Source: Camelus dromedarius
Lineage: Eukaryota
Reading direction: 5' to 3'
Length of the DNA stretch: 64,000 nt
Assembly: GCF_036321535.1 (NCBI RefSeq)
Contig: NC_087447.1
Coordinates: 45,696,001 to 45,760,000, forward strand
Under the pieces are notes generated by a model that was not told the origin of the DNA, made no database searches, and was given only the letters and a program-made list of their open reading frames with translations. Position numbers and translations under genes: made by a program. Shown here one piece after another: positions 41,275 through 54,993 of this stretch (its first letter is position 1; every line of letters starts with the position of its first letter).

Positions 41275-41600
41275 TGAATAGATGGAGCCCAAGGGATTTT
41301 TAGGGCAATGAAATTATTCTGTATGATACTATAGTGGTGGCTACATGTCATTATGCATTTGACGAAACCCACAGAATGTACATCAAGAGTGAACCCTAAT
41401 GTAAACTATGGACTTTGGTTGATAATAATATGCCCATGTTGGTTCATCGATTGTACCAAAAATGCCACACTGATGAGGGATGTTGAGGGTAGTGGAGTAT
41501 ATATGTGTGGGTGGGGAGGGCTATGTGCAGACTCTTTGTATTTTCTGCTCAATTCTGTTGTGAACCTGAAACTGCTCTAAAAGAATAAAGTCTATTAAAA
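41275..41600 (+). mobile_element. L1MC-like 3' end
   Basis: gtgaaccctaatgtaaactatggactttgg...ctgaaactgctctaaaagaataaagtctattaaaaa with A-rich tail. Confidence 0.8.
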
Positions 41601-44600
41601 AAAAATAACAACAACAAAAAAAACCCACTAAGGATTTGAGTGGCTCTTGTCAACTAGCACAATGAAAACATGCTGACTTTTTGGGGAGTACAGAAAGTAA
41701 AGGCATATGAATTCCAGGGAGCTGTTTCTGGCTAGGGAAACATCGAGGACTGTGAAACATATAACTTGACATTCTCTAAGACCATATCTCAACTCCATTT
41801 CCTGTTGTGCTGATGATACCATCTGATAAGTAGATCCTCATTAGAAATTCACAGTCATTACATGCATGAAAAAGGAAATTTCAGGGATTTAAAGTTTTGT
41901 CAGTGCCATAAATGTGGAAAAGTATAGACTTTAGAGGCCACTTGGTCAAAACTTCACTCTTAATATCCAGAGGGAAAGTTAGTCCTCAACTTTGTATCTG
42001 GTGTTCTACCACCATCAGGGGACAGTAACCTGTTTTAATATTTTTGTAGCTCTAATTCAGGGTTTTAATATTTGGCATATATAGCAATGACAACTTCCTA
42101 CATATAATGTTTAAAGCAGACACTGATAACACATTACTTTATGACAACATATTACTTTATATTTTTATATATGTTATTTTTTAGATAAGTTTATTGCCAC
42201 AACTTCTCAACAAAGTACGACTGACATTGACCGTCCATTGAAAGATAGCTTATAGGATGAACCAGTCGCCCCCAAGCTCACCTATTCATAAAAGCTGTGA
42301 AGGTAGGAATTTATTTGAAGGTCTCATAATTTATATGGTTTCGGATCTTGACTAGCAGATAGATCATCTTATTAGTCTGTTCTTGCCAGCTGATATCCAC
42401 TTGGTTTCAGATTCATACATGGACTTTTTCTGTTTACATAAGCACCCATCTGCATATTATGGCTGATCAAGAATCAGTTGGTTTGATGTTCAGGGACATT
42501 CCCTTTTAACCCAACAAAACATAGTTTTATGTCTTCACTCTCCCACATTCTAATGACATTAGGAAAATCATTCCCTGAGCCTTATTTTATTTATCTGTAG
42601 AGTTTGAGATAATAATAGTACCAACTTATATGGCTCTAGTGCTAATAAAATAAGATGTTGCGTAATCCTCTAACCCTGTGTCCTTAGTAACATTGGCTGA
42701 AATAATTTTGCATTATTATTACCCACGCATATGCCTCTTGGTACTAATATTTGATTTTGTAATAAAGCACAAAGCTTACTAATAATATAAACATGGTCCT
42801 TTCTAGGGGACTATGTTAACTGAGCCCCACCATTCAGTTTAAATTGAAAGTTAATCCTCTAATCCAATTAGATTAGGAGCTGTGTTTTAAAGCATCTTCA
42901 TAATATTTGAGACATACATTGCACTTAGGGGACAAATGATAAAAATTTTAGGACTCCTTTATTGACATTCACTTAGGAAAGGCTTTCTTCCTAGGGTAAA
43001 TTTACTAACACTTGATTTTCATTCTGAAACATGGAATATATAAACTATATTTGACTCAATGAGAACAAAATGGGATGCTGTAACTCAAATTCTCATTTTT
43101 TATCACTCAAACTGTGGAAAAACATTGTCATCTCTATAGAATCTGACTCCTGCACACAGGTTAATACCAAAGTAGAACAAGTATTAACATTTTTGTTTGC
43201 AGCTCAGAGTGCAGAGGTCATTCCCAAGGTCTTACAGCCGATAAGATATGGCAACTATTTCAGAGAGGTCACTCTACTGATGACCACTTTGATTTCCATG
43301 GTTCTGGACTCTGAGCACTCACCCACGCTCATTATCTGCAGTGAACATGCCCCATACAGTGTCTGGATGCTCCCTTTCTGTAGGGGTAGCTGCAATAAAA
43401 GGAACCTGGCATTTCATCTGTGATGTGTGTAAATACTACCTGGTGTGATTTCCAGAAACTCTCCTCAATGTCCACTGTGCTCAGCTGCCCCTCCTGTCTG
43501 AGCCTTTTCATGGGAAACCCCCTCCACAAGTATAAACTATGACCTGGGCCACCTTCCCAAGGACAAGGTTCTGCCTCTTACTGCATGGCAGGCTGGCCCT
43601 CCTGCCCAGGACCTCTCAAGAGGAACATTTTGTGCAAAGACTGTATCTCCCATGAGGAGAACATCCTGGGCCAATCCCTTCAGGGAATAAGAGCATTTGA
43701 GAGCTTGAACCAAGCATTCTGAAGTATCTTGGTTCAAACCTGCATCTAGGGAGCCAAGTATCCCTTTTGTATTTGGTCTGTTAGGCACATCAGTTTTTTA
43801 TGTAGTTTATCTTCATTTCCATCTTTTATCTTCATTAGTATTCTCTAATTATTTTAATCATGGTCTCTTTATATTATATATATATATATTACGTTCCCTT
43901 TTATTTACATTTCATAATTAACAGCTATGCTCATTACTTTTATAGTCCCATTTTAAGTTGTATAACATGTTGGCATCTAGCTGTTTTCTTAACCTTTGTT
44001 TGCCTGCGTAAATACTCTGTATGTTAAATTATAACAGAGAGGCTAAGAAAACTATGCTGAGACTTATTCATTTAAAATTCTGTTACATAATAGTTGTGTG
44101 ACTGTGTAATTCACTTAACTTCTGAATCTCTACTTACTTACTATAAAATGTAAAGTACCTAAAGAACCAAATATAATTCCTGTTATAAAGGGTCAAGAAA
44201 TTTTACATACCATTATTAGTAGTCACATTGCATCTTGTTTCATAGTGTTTATATGATTCTTAAATCATAGAAATTATGGGATATTTATCCCATCTGTACC
44301 ATATATAAGGAGCCAGTTTTTCTTGCTAGTGGTGTCATATACCTTTTTACATGTAAAATCTACATACTTAGTTTTGTTCCACAGTTTCTGAATATGTTCA
44401 TGTTACATATTTTTGTTTACTCAGCTGAGAACCAAGGCAGTATCTATTCCAGCTTTGAAATGCTGCTTGCCCCAATATAATATTAATATCAATATACAAT
44501 ATTATCATTGCTTATGCTGTTTTCCTGGTTACTTATTGAATTATTTGTACATAGACAAGTCTACCAATTTATAGATCTATCATATTGTGTATTGGCTTTC

Positions 44601-45458
44601 ACTCTTAAAGGTTCATTGAAGATTTTGATGAAAATACTGATAAAGAAAAGTCTAAAAGCATATGTACTTTTTGTTTGATGAGTGCATAAATGTTTTGCTT
44701 AATAATGTCATCTTTACTTCCTGTTATGTTTCATTTGCTGTGAAAACTAGGTTTATGAAATTATTCCTTTTCCTCCCACTACACCTTCTCACTTTCAGGC
44801 TTTATCACTCCAAGCTAACCCATGTTGGCATGATCTTATCCTGACTTGGGTCAGAAACAAACAAACAAAGTTGTTTTTGCACTTTTTCCTCAAACTCTAC
44901 CCTTGTTAGTTTGGAATCTTTTTCTCTGATTAAAAAAAATTGTTTAAAACAGCCACCTTCCGTTGCTTAAAACTTCTGTCTCTTCAGATAGATGGATTTC
45001 TCTAGTTACCTCCTCCATATACACTCTATTTTATATTATATTATTACCTCAGTTTCCTGAGCTATAGAAAGGGAATCTTAAGTATAGCTACTTCTTATTA
45101 TAGTTATAAGAATTCAAAGAGTTAATACAAAGTTATGAAAACTGTCTGGCTCATAATATGTCTATGAATGAGTAGTATTACCATTATATTAGTCAGTTTT
45201 TATCAACCTCATTTTTTCCATGTAAATGCTGTTTTATTTATTATGTAGTTGCTGATATTTGTGATATGTGGCTGGAACTTTGCTTATATTAAATATTTAT
45301 TGTTGTTTCTCTTGGCTTATTGTTTCCAAGATGAATGACTTTATAAATCTGCACATAGAATACCATCTTTCCTAGACATTGTAATGTTTCAATTTTGAAA
45401 GGAGAGAAGAGGTTCCATTTTCTCTTACTCAAGTCATTTAATCTCTGAAAACCAAATT

Positions 45459-46397
45459 TCATAATTTATTTCTGAAAGTTCTAATTACCCTGTCTCTTAT
45501 CTGCTTGGTTCTGATCCCATAAATAACAGGGTTGAGAGCAGGTGGGATGACAGCATAAAAGTTAGCAAGAAGAATGTGGATGTATTGAGGAACATTTCGG
45601 CCAAAACAGTGGGTCAGGAAGGAGAAAAATGCTGGCGTATAGAAGGCCAACATGACACAGACATGGGAGCCACATGTGCTGAGTGCCTTTAGTCGGGCAT
45701 CCCTGGAAGGTAGGCAGAAAACAGCACGGAGGATCTGGACATAGGACATGACAATGGCTATAATGTCAAACACCAAGATGGAGATGGCTCCTAAGCCATA
45801 GATGATGTTCACCTTTATGCTGGCACAGGACAGGCGGGCAATGCCCATGTGCTCACAGTATGTGTGGGGGATGATTTGGTGTCCACAGAAGGGTAACCTT
45901 AGAATGAGCAGAACAAAGGGGATTGCAACAGCTAAGGGTCTCAGGAGGATGATCAGTGCTATAACTGATACCACCTTGTTTGTCAGCACCAATGTGTAGC
46001 GAAGAGGGTTACAGATGGCCACATAGCGATCATAGGCCATGGCCATGAGCACAGCCGACTCCATGCCAGTGCATAGGTGGATGAAGAACATCTGGATAAG
46101 GCAGCCCTCAAAGGAGATTTCTCCCATCTTGAACCAGAACATGCCAAGCATCTTGGGGATGGTGGATGTGGACAGGCCCAGGTCAATAGATGACAGAATG
46201 GCTAGGAAGTAGAACATTGGCTGATGGAGACTATGTTCAGTCTGAATCACAAAAATAATTGTAATATTTCCCAGTAGGGCAGTCAAATATACAATACAAA
46301 ATGGAAAACTAATCCACATATGCACATCTTCTAGCCCTGGAACTCCCAATAGGAGGAAAAAGGACGGATGGAACTGTGTGCCATTAGGAGGGATCAT
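45459..46397 (-). CDS. OR52E: Intact class I olfactory receptor, OR52E subfamily (312 aa)
   Basis: Open single-exon ORF with N-glycosylation sequon NGT, GN in TM1, [58 protein letters not shown]. Confidence 0.96.
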   Translation of the reverse strand: MIPPNGTQFHPSFFLLLGVPGLEDVHMWISFPFCIVYLTALLGNITIIFVIQTEHSLHQPMFYFLAILSSIDLGLSTSTIPKMLGMFWFKMGEISFEGCLIQMFFIHLCTGMESAVLMAMAYDRYVAICNPLRYTLVLTNKVVSVIALIILLRPLAVAIPFVLLILRLPFCGHQIIPHTYCEHMGIARLSCASIKVNIIYGLGAISILVFDIIAIVMSYVQILRAVFCLPSRDARLKALSTCGSHVCVMLAFYTPAFFSFLTHCFGRNVPQYIHILLANFYAVIPPALNPVIYGIRTKQIRDRVIRTFRNKL

Positions 46398-46669
46398 GCT
46401 GCTCCTGTGGCACTTTTACAGCTGCACATATCATGGACCAGATGTCTCATTCACTGAGAGGCTGCAGCTCTTCTTGTCCAGTTTTATTGATTTATTACAG
46501 AATTATACAACATATGTGTAATATTTTTAATCATCAAGCCCATCATGACATAACTGTGTGACTTTTGTGAAAACTAAAATACATGTCATTCTTGTTTAAT
46601 TTCAATAAGCTAATCAGATTCATTACATTTATTTTCATTCATTCCTTTAATATAATTTACTAAAACATT

Positions 46670-47917
46670 ACTCAAAATGGATCAAAGACTTAAACATAAG
46701 AAAAGATACAATAAAACTCCTTGAAGAAAATATAGGCAAAACATTATCTGACATACATCTCAACAATGTTCTCCTAGAACAGCCTACTCAAGCAATAGAA
46801 ATAAAAGCAAGAATAAACAAATGGGACCTAATGATACTTACAAGCTTCTGCACAGCAAAGGAAACCATAAGTAAAACAAAAAGACAACCTACAGAATGGG
46901 AAAAAATTTTTGCAAATGAAACCAACAAAGGCTTGATCTCCAGAATATATAATTAGCTCATATGACTTAATAAGAAACAACCAAACAACCCAATCCAAAA
47001 ATGGGCAAAAGACCTAAACAAGCAATTCTCCAAGGAAGACATACAAATGATCAATAGGCACATGAAAAAATGCTCAATATCACTAATCAGAGAAATGCAA
47101 ATCAAAATGACAGTGAGGTATCACCTCACACCAGTCAGAATGGCCATCATTCAAAAATCCACAAATGACAAATACTGGAGAGGCTGTGGAGAACAGGGAA
47201 CCCTCCTTCACTGCTGGTGGGAATGCAGTTTGGTGCAGCCACTGTGGAAAACAGTATGGAGATTCCTCAAAAGACTAGGAATAGACTTACCGTATGACCC
47301 AGGAATCCCGCTCCTGGGCATATATCCAGAAGGAACCCTACTTCAGGATGACACCTGCACCCCAATGTTCATAGCAGCACTATTTACAATAGCCAAGACA
47401 TGGAGACAGCCTAAATGTCCATCAACAGATGACTGGATAAAGAAGTGGTATATTTATACAATGGAATACTACTCACATAAAAACCGACAACATAATGCCA
47501 TTTGCAGCAACATGGATGCTCCTGGGGAATGTCATTCTAAGTGAAGTAATCCAGAAAGAGAAAGAAAAATACCATATGAGATCGCTCATATGTGGAATCT
47601 AAAAAAGGAAAAACAAACAAACAAACAAAGCATAAATACAAAACAGAAACAGACTCATAGACATAGAAAACAAACTTGTGGTTGCCAAGGGGGCGGGGGG
47701 TGGGAAGGGATTGATGGGATTTCAAAATGTATAGATAGATAAGAATAGATAAACAAGATTGTACTGTATAGCACAGGGAAATATACACAAGATCTTATGG
47801 TAGCTCACAGAGAAAAAAATGTGACAATGAATATATATATGTTCATGTATAACTGAAAAATTGTTCTCTATACTGGAATGTGACACAACATTATAAAATG
47901 ATTATAAATCAATAAAA
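46670..47917 (+). mobile_element. Relatively young 5'-truncated LINE-1 (ORF2 C-terminus plus 3' UTR) with TSD
   Basis: ORF 47047-47544 gives ORF2 C-terminal [12 protein letters not shown]...[10 protein letters not shown]...PYDP...[16 protein letters not shown]; 16-bp TSD aatttactaaaacatt at 46654-46669 and 47918-47933. Confidence 0.95.
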
Positions 47918-48010
47918 AATTTACTAAAACATTTATCAAGGACCAATAAGTTATCAGGCAAATGGACAGATATCTGGTGTACAAAGGTAAATCAAACATT
48001 GTTACTCCCT

Positions 48011-48097
48011 TTTTTTATTGAAATGTAGTCAGTTTACAATGTTGTGATGTTGTATTAATTTCTGGTGTACAGCATAGTAATTCAGATATACATATAT
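48011..48097 (-). mobile_element. Short LINE-1 3' tip
   Basis: Poly-T then ttattgaaatgtagtcagtttacaatgttgtg...tttctggtgtacagca, reverse complement of the terminus at 3600-3650. Confidence 0.7.
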
Positions 48098-51060
48098 CTG
48101 ACTTTACATAATGGCCTGTGGAGTATTACATAAAAATACAAGTTTTAAGTCCAGACCCTAGAAATTTTGAATCAGTAGGTATGGTATAGCACGTCATGAT
48201 TTCTGTAAAGATTCTGTAATTAATCTGATTCAATTTTTTTTGACATTTGGGAACTGCTGCAGAACAAGATATTGTACATAAGCAGTTATAATATGAGTTA
48301 GAATGTGTTAAAATATGTGTACATTTAATAAAAGAATGTATAATTCAGTATCTCATAACCCTGACTTTATATGCCCTTTTCCCTTCTTAGAATTCTCGAA
48401 ACAAAGTATAGTCACTGATTCTACGCTATACTATGATACTCTCAGGTTTTGTGGTGCTTTATCCCTTCCCTCAGCTGGAGTTACTTGTGGGAAATCTTTT
48501 GCTTTACTACATGTATATCTTCCAAGGACTTAAAAAGATACATATTAGCAGGTCTCAAAAGAAGTATGTCAAAGTAGAGTGAACTGGTATGTGGTAAATA
48601 TAATCATCATTATCATCATCATCACCATCAGCTACTAAAGTTTTCTTTAGGATTTCCCTGTGCCCATGCTCCCCTGTTAGAGGGGAAATAATAAGAAAAA
48701 AACATAGAATTGACCTCGATGAGACATTTTCTGTCTTTTGGAGATTTCTGAAGTTCAGAAATTCTCCGAACCCTACTTATTCTCCAACTCTCATGAAGAA
48801 AACTTCCATGAATTTCACAATTATTGTGCAAAAGTACCAACTGATATGGGAAGGAATTTTGTTGTTGTTGTTGACTCTATTCATAGGAAGAATTGTAATT
48901 TAGGAGGACAAAGCGTTTCAGTTGACTAGTTATGATTGGGCAAGAAAAAAGAATAACAAAGTAGCATAGACTCAGATTATCTTGAGATGTGATTAATAGT
49001 GGCGCTATATACCCAAGAGCAGTAATTTGTAGGTAGAAATATATAAAGGGCTTTCTGTGACTATAACTTAGGCTCACGTAACCAAAACTGACTTTGTGAT
49101 ATGTAATAATGGATAAAGGTCGGGATTTGAAGCTTAAAAAAAAAAATTAAATAATAGTTCTACTTCTTTCAAGCTGTCTGGTAATATTCAAGACCTTGTT
49201 TTCTAAAAAAAAAAAAAAAAGAAAGAAAGAAAAAACAAAAAAACCCCACATTCTTCACATATAACTTTGAAATAATAATATGTATGTTGCAAGTTTTATT
49301 TAGGAATTATAAGAAACATGGATAATGTATTAGGAGGTCAACGTAAATTAGGAAATTCTAATACTCTAAGTGCTAAATTATTTGAATTTTTCCACTTGTT
49401 GGTGTTACATTGCTGTTGTAGTATTTGTCTTAAATTCCAATTAGGAAAAAAATTTAAAGCAGTTTATAGAAATGAAATTTAGATAGACTATTCTTTAAAG
49501 ATTCTAGATGTATATGGATCTAGAAATGTTTGGAATTGGTTCTATAAATGAGTCAAGCCTTTTAAAAATATTTTGCAATATCTTTGGAAACTTAAGGAAT
49601 CTTGATATGATATTTTTCACTACTATGTTATAGCAGAATGGTGATAGCTAAGAGAAGGCAAGAGTGACAAGATTGAAGGCTAAGATACAACCACAGTAGG
49701 CAAAGTAAAAAGGGAGATAAAGGACAAAGTCAGAGAACACAGAAAGTTATAGAGGTATTTTCATATGCACACACACATATCACTAATATTTAAGAATGAA
49801 ATTTAATAAAGTCTTTGTTGCAGTATGCATCTGAATCTGTATATACTTACTATCTTGTTACCCTCTAGGCTCACTGATACTTTCCATATTCAATTAGCTT
49901 TCCTTTTTTTGTCATCTTTTTAATCTCTTCAACCTACATCTCAATGAAATGGCCACAGTAAATAGTTCCTGTCTTATTGGGTCCTTTCTGCCCCCAAAGC
50001 CAAACTTACCAGCAAAGCTTTCTGAATTAGCTAGTTAATCTGGCCCAGAATGTTTCTGTGTCATGTACTCTGACTGAAATGGGAGATTTATACTGTAAAC
50101 ACTACCCTTAAAAATGTAGTGTCTTCAAACATCATTGCTCTCTAGAGAATAGAGGTGCCCAGAGGCACTGAGCTACATGCTTCATACATGAAGCATAACA
50201 TAGTGATTTAAAAAGTCCTGATCCTGGATGCCAGTTCCCAAGCTTGGGGTGACTACTGATGAATTGCCTTATCTCTAAGCAGGAGAGGCTCTGAGGAGGG
50301 CTTACTGCCAATGCTGTCTCTTCAAAATTCCTCTAGTTCTAGATTCCCTCTCGTGGGCCCCATGTATCAGTCCAGGTCATAGAGAATCTGAGGTGATTTT
50401 ATATAAATGTTTGGCAAGTCATTCTGGATTTTTTTTTTTCTTTTCATTACTGTGTTGTTTATCTTGCTTTTATCTGGTCAGTTTCTCCAAAACTTACCTG
50501 CCCCTCACCCTAGTCCTAAACATATTCAACCTTAAATATAATCATGAAAAAATTGAAGCCCGGTTAGTATTCTTCACTTCATGGAGTCGGGTATTTGTTA
50601 GAACTTAATTGGGGGAAATAATATAATAAAATAATGCCCAGTTGTTTTGAACACAAATCCTCCCTTCTTTCAGGTTCTTATTAACAGTAAAATAAGACAA
50701 GGTTAAATTTAATGGTAAAAAACTAGAGGCCTAGGGAAAGAAATATGAGATATAGGAAATTGGCTCAGTGGATGGACTTTGAGACAGATTGTATAGATTT
50801 GTATCCTATCTCTCCTACTTAATGGACATATGAGTTTGTGCAAGAAATTTAATCTTTGTCTCCATTTTCTTCTCTATGATGAGCAGAGTAATACCCAGTA
50901 CAAAACATTGTTGTGAATATTTAAAAAACTAACACTTATACAGCAATTAAAACATCTCCTGAGATATAGTAAGGAATTTGTAACTGTTTGTTGATAATAA
51001 TCGAAGCTACTTAGCTAATACTGAATATTCTCGGGCTGTGATACTCTATGGAAGCTCATA

Positions 51061-51161
51061 CTGATTGGAGTTGCCATGGAGACGTCTTCTAGAATTCACT
51101 CCTGGAGTTATAGGGGAGTCAATAAATGACATCATCTTCCTTGTCTAGATTTATCGCCAAT
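51061..51161. promoter_or_regulatory. Candidate RFX X-box / CCAAT / CRE-like cluster
   Basis: CTGATTGG 51061-51068, GTTGCCATGGAGAC 51070-51083, TGACATCA 51127-51134, GCCAAT 51156-51161. Motif match only; no functional evidence. Confidence 0.35.
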
Positions 51162-52187
51162 AACGAACAAAACATAAATCAAACAAATGACTTTTAGAAC
51201 ATCAGCATTAATACTGAGTAAAAGCTCTGTATTGTTTCTTATCTTACTCAGACATCTAAACTGGCAGACTGGGCTTTTTAACAGTCTTTGCCCCACACTC
51301 TTCACTTACCACAGAACCTTAGGTGTCTGTTCGCAGCAGTAGAGACTTGTTAGGAAACTCATTGGGATTCATGGATTTTGGAGAGTAACCCTGGGGTCTG
51401 CAATGTCAGCACTATCATATGACAAATACATGTGTATTTCTAGATTCTCTATTCAGTATATTCATTTTTTGTTTATTCCTTTATCAATTGTCTTCTTTCA
51501 TAATTTCAACAGTGTATTAAAATTCTTTACATCTCATATAGTATGTCCTGTTTCTTCTAGGTCTGTAATGTAACTTCTGGCTGATTGATTTTTTATACAC
51601 TTTTTTAAGGTTTTAGGTAAACTTTAAAAAAATTAGAACACTTGTAGGTTAAAGAAAAATGCACATGTGGTAAAGAGAGTTTTCATATAACCCACACAGA
51701 ATTTCTCCCATCAACATTGTACATTAGTATGGTCATTTGTTACAATTAATGAGCCAATATTAACCAAAGTTCATATATTAATAAAGTTCATATATTATTC
51801 AAGTTCATATATTATTCAGGTTCCCTCAGTTTTACCTAATGTTCTTTTTCTCTTATGGGATCCTATCCAGGACACCAAATTACACTTATCAGTTATGTCT
51901 AGTTAGACATCTTAGGATTGTCTTGACTGTTACAGTTTCTCAGACTTTTCCTGGTTTTGTTAACTTGACAGTTTTTAGGAGTACTGGTCTGATTTTTGTA
52001 AAATGTTCCTTAGTTGAGATTAGTCTGATTATTTTTCTCATGATTAAACTAGAGTTATGTGATTTGGGGAAGAAGATCAGTGAGGTAACATACCATTTGT
52101 ATCAAAACATATCAAGAGCTCCTACTATCAATGTGGTTTTATCACCTGGCTAAGGTAGTGCTTGTCAGGATCCTCTTTCTCCCACAT

Positions 52188-52980
52188 TGTGGGAGCCCAT
52201 GATTGGGTTAACAAATTGTAACAGACCCCAGCCACTTGTCTCCTTAAAGAAGAGCAAATGTGCTTAGTAACTGCCTTGTTTGCATAGTTGAGGTTTTAGA
52301 TAGCACTCTACTCGTAGCAAAGCAATGACCGAGGCCTTCGGCTATAAACGCTGGGCGTGCCTTCTATTAGATAATCTTCTATCCCCAAAGTAAGGAACTG
52401 GCTGGTCTGATGGTCTGCTTTAACATATCTATAAGAATGTATCTTCCTCCCCTCTTCCCATGACTTCCCTAAAGGTAAACTGTAGGCCCCCAAAGGAACG
52501 AGTCTTGGGCTGGAATGGTAAACAAGTTATAAAAAGCTGCAGACTCAGAGGTGAGAAGGCTGGTTAGCCAATGACGGGTAAGATCCCCAGAGGGGGGCAA
52601 CCTAAGACAGGTACAGCCTCCTGAGTCCAAGAAAAATGTTAAGCAGCTGCTTCTCATACGCTCCTCCCTGATAAGCTGTAAGGCTTGCTGATGCCAACAT
52701 GAACATGATTTATCAAAACATAAAGGGTCTTCTGACCTTGAGCCAGACTCTACAATCTCAATCCCACCCTGTCTTTCCCTAAATTCCTGCATTCCATCAC
52801 ACAACTGTCAGTGATCTCTCCTTTGATTGTACACAATAAATGTGGGAGCATGTGAGAGGTTCGTGGAGTTGGCTCCCGACTCCCTCTCGCTCTCTTGACT
52901 TTTTCCACAGTCTCGAGTAATTCATTCCATCTCGGTGGGACTTCTGCTGACCAGAACCCACAACTGGTGACGAACCCACA
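52188..52980 (+). mobile_element. ERV2/betaretrovirus-like LTR
   Basis: Terminal inverted repeat tgtggg...cccaca, exact 6-bp TSD ccacat (52182-52187, 52981-52986), CCAAT (ttagccaatgacgggtaag), AATAAA near 52835, several retained CpGs. Confidence 0.9.
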
Positions 52981-54574
52981 CCACATCTCCAAGTTTACTC
53001 TGTGGAAGCAAGTTACAACGTACATCCCCCGAATTACACAGTGAGATGTTATCCTCCACTTCCTTAAGATGGAGTATCCTCATAAATTGTTTGGAATTTT
53101 TTGCATAAGCAATAAATCTAGTTCCTCCATTTGTTTATGTATTCAATTATTTATTTGTCAGTATAGACTCATAAATACTTATTTTATATTTTAGGCTATA
53201 ATCCAATACGGCTTTATTCTGTAACGTTTTCCGGCTTTGGCTACTGGGCGCTCTTTCAGTCAGCTCCTATGTCCCTTTGACACATCCCATAATTGTATGT
53301 TCTTATTTGGGGGGAGAGGGTGGTAATTTTCTTACTTTCTACCACCACAAGATGCTGTAGGTTTATCTTATGTATCACTTGCCCTAGGCTTAGAATGTGA
53401 TATTTCTTTAAGGGTCACTGGTTTCCTTAGTTGGATAATGGTATTAGAAACAAAATTCTGGGTGCTGAGTATGCTTTACTGCTGGGTTGTCATTACTTTA
53501 AGGCCCTCTCAGCTGACAGCAAGGAAATATATGTGTGTATACTAACCTGTGTATGTTATACATATTTAGAAAGATTTGTCATCTGTTCAAAGATATCATT
53601 GTGATGTCTCTAACTAACCCATTACCGAATGAATTCTAGTATCCTCTCATGTTTATTGGTAAACTACCACTCCAACAATGAGAGACCTGGCATCCACCAT
53701 ATACCATGCATTTAAATAATTGCTTAATAGCAGTGTTAGAATTGTTAACCTATGACCCAAGGGGAAAAATGTATCTGCTAGTGTTTGGTGCTTATGTATG
53801 TATTTCTTTTTGCCTTTAGTCTCCACAGACTCCACTCATGTCCAAAGTTACTTAGGTTGACACATTTTCCCCTACAAACTTTAGTGAGGATTTTTCCTAC
53901 ATTTGTACTACATTATGTTTGTCAAGAGTTTGCATTTCATCTTGGGATACCCTGAACTCCTTAATGATTTTTTTAAAAATTTGATTCATCTTTTGTGTGG
54001 TAAAATTTTATGGACTTTGTGAAATGTGTAATATCATATATCCACCATTATAGTACCATATAGAATAGTTTTACTAACTTAAAACTTCCCATGTTCTTCA
54101 CTTATTCAATATCCCTGAACTCTTCCTCCCCTTGGCAAACATAGATATGTTTGCTGTCTCTGTAGTTTCGCTTTCTAGAGAATTTTTTTTGCTAGAATCA
54201 CACAAAATGAGGCTTTTTCCACTTAGTAGTATGCATTTAAGATTCGTCTATGCCTTTTTATAGTTTGCTGTCTCATTTCTTATTAATGCTGAATAATATT
54301 AATTGTATTATGTACAATGGATGTACCACAGTTTGGATATGTATTTGTGTATTGAAGGTCATCTTGACTACTTCCAGTTCTTGGCAAAAGTTGCTATAAA
54401 TATTCATATGTATGTTTTTGTTTGGACATAGTTTTCAAACCAATTGGGTAAATTCCTTGGAGTGTAATTGATGGGTCATATGGTAAAATTATATTTAGCT
54501 TTGTAAGAAACTTCTAAACTTTCTTCCAAGTGACTCTGCTATTTTTTTCATTCTCACTAAAAAATGAATGAAAG

Positions 54575-54607
54575 TGTCCATCAATGGATGGATGCATAAT
54601 GAAGATT

Positions 54608-54647
<40 letters not shown>

Positions 54648-54993
54648 AATACTATTCTGCCATTAAAAAGATAAAATCTTGCCATTTGTGACAACATGGA
54701 TGGATCTTGAGGGTATTATGTTAAGTGAAATAGGTCAGATGGAGAAAGACAAATACCATATGATTTCACTTATGTGTGGAATATAAAAAACTAATAGACA
54801 AGCAGAAAACAAAATGAATGAACACACCAACCAAACAAAGCCAAACACATAAATACAGAGAACAGAGTGGTGATTTCGAGGGACTTAGAGGGTGAAATGG
54901 GTGAAAAGGGGGTGGACTGTATGTGTGGAAAATAAATTTTTGATGGTGCACACACTGTAGGATATACAGAAGTAGAAATACAATGTACATACA
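54575..54993 (+). mobile_element. LINE-1 3' fragment containing a (CA)n tract, with TSD
   Basis: ggaatactattctgccattaaaaag...gacaacatggatggatcttgagggtattatgttaagtgaaat; TSD aaaaaatga(a/g)tgaaag at 54559-54574 and 54994-55009. Confidence 0.85.

Noticed and set aside
43200..43800. O/E (EBF)-like sites and donor-like site as promoter of the 36.9 kb OR (similar weak matches at 8795, 14720, 51385)
   Set aside because: Only imperfect matches to TCCCNNGGGA; plausible but not distinguishable from chance without conservation or TSS data. No enhancer-type composite motif cluster was evident.
47047..47544. 165-aa ORF as a host gene
   Set aside because: L1 ORF2 C-terminal fragment in a 5'-truncated, disrupted element.
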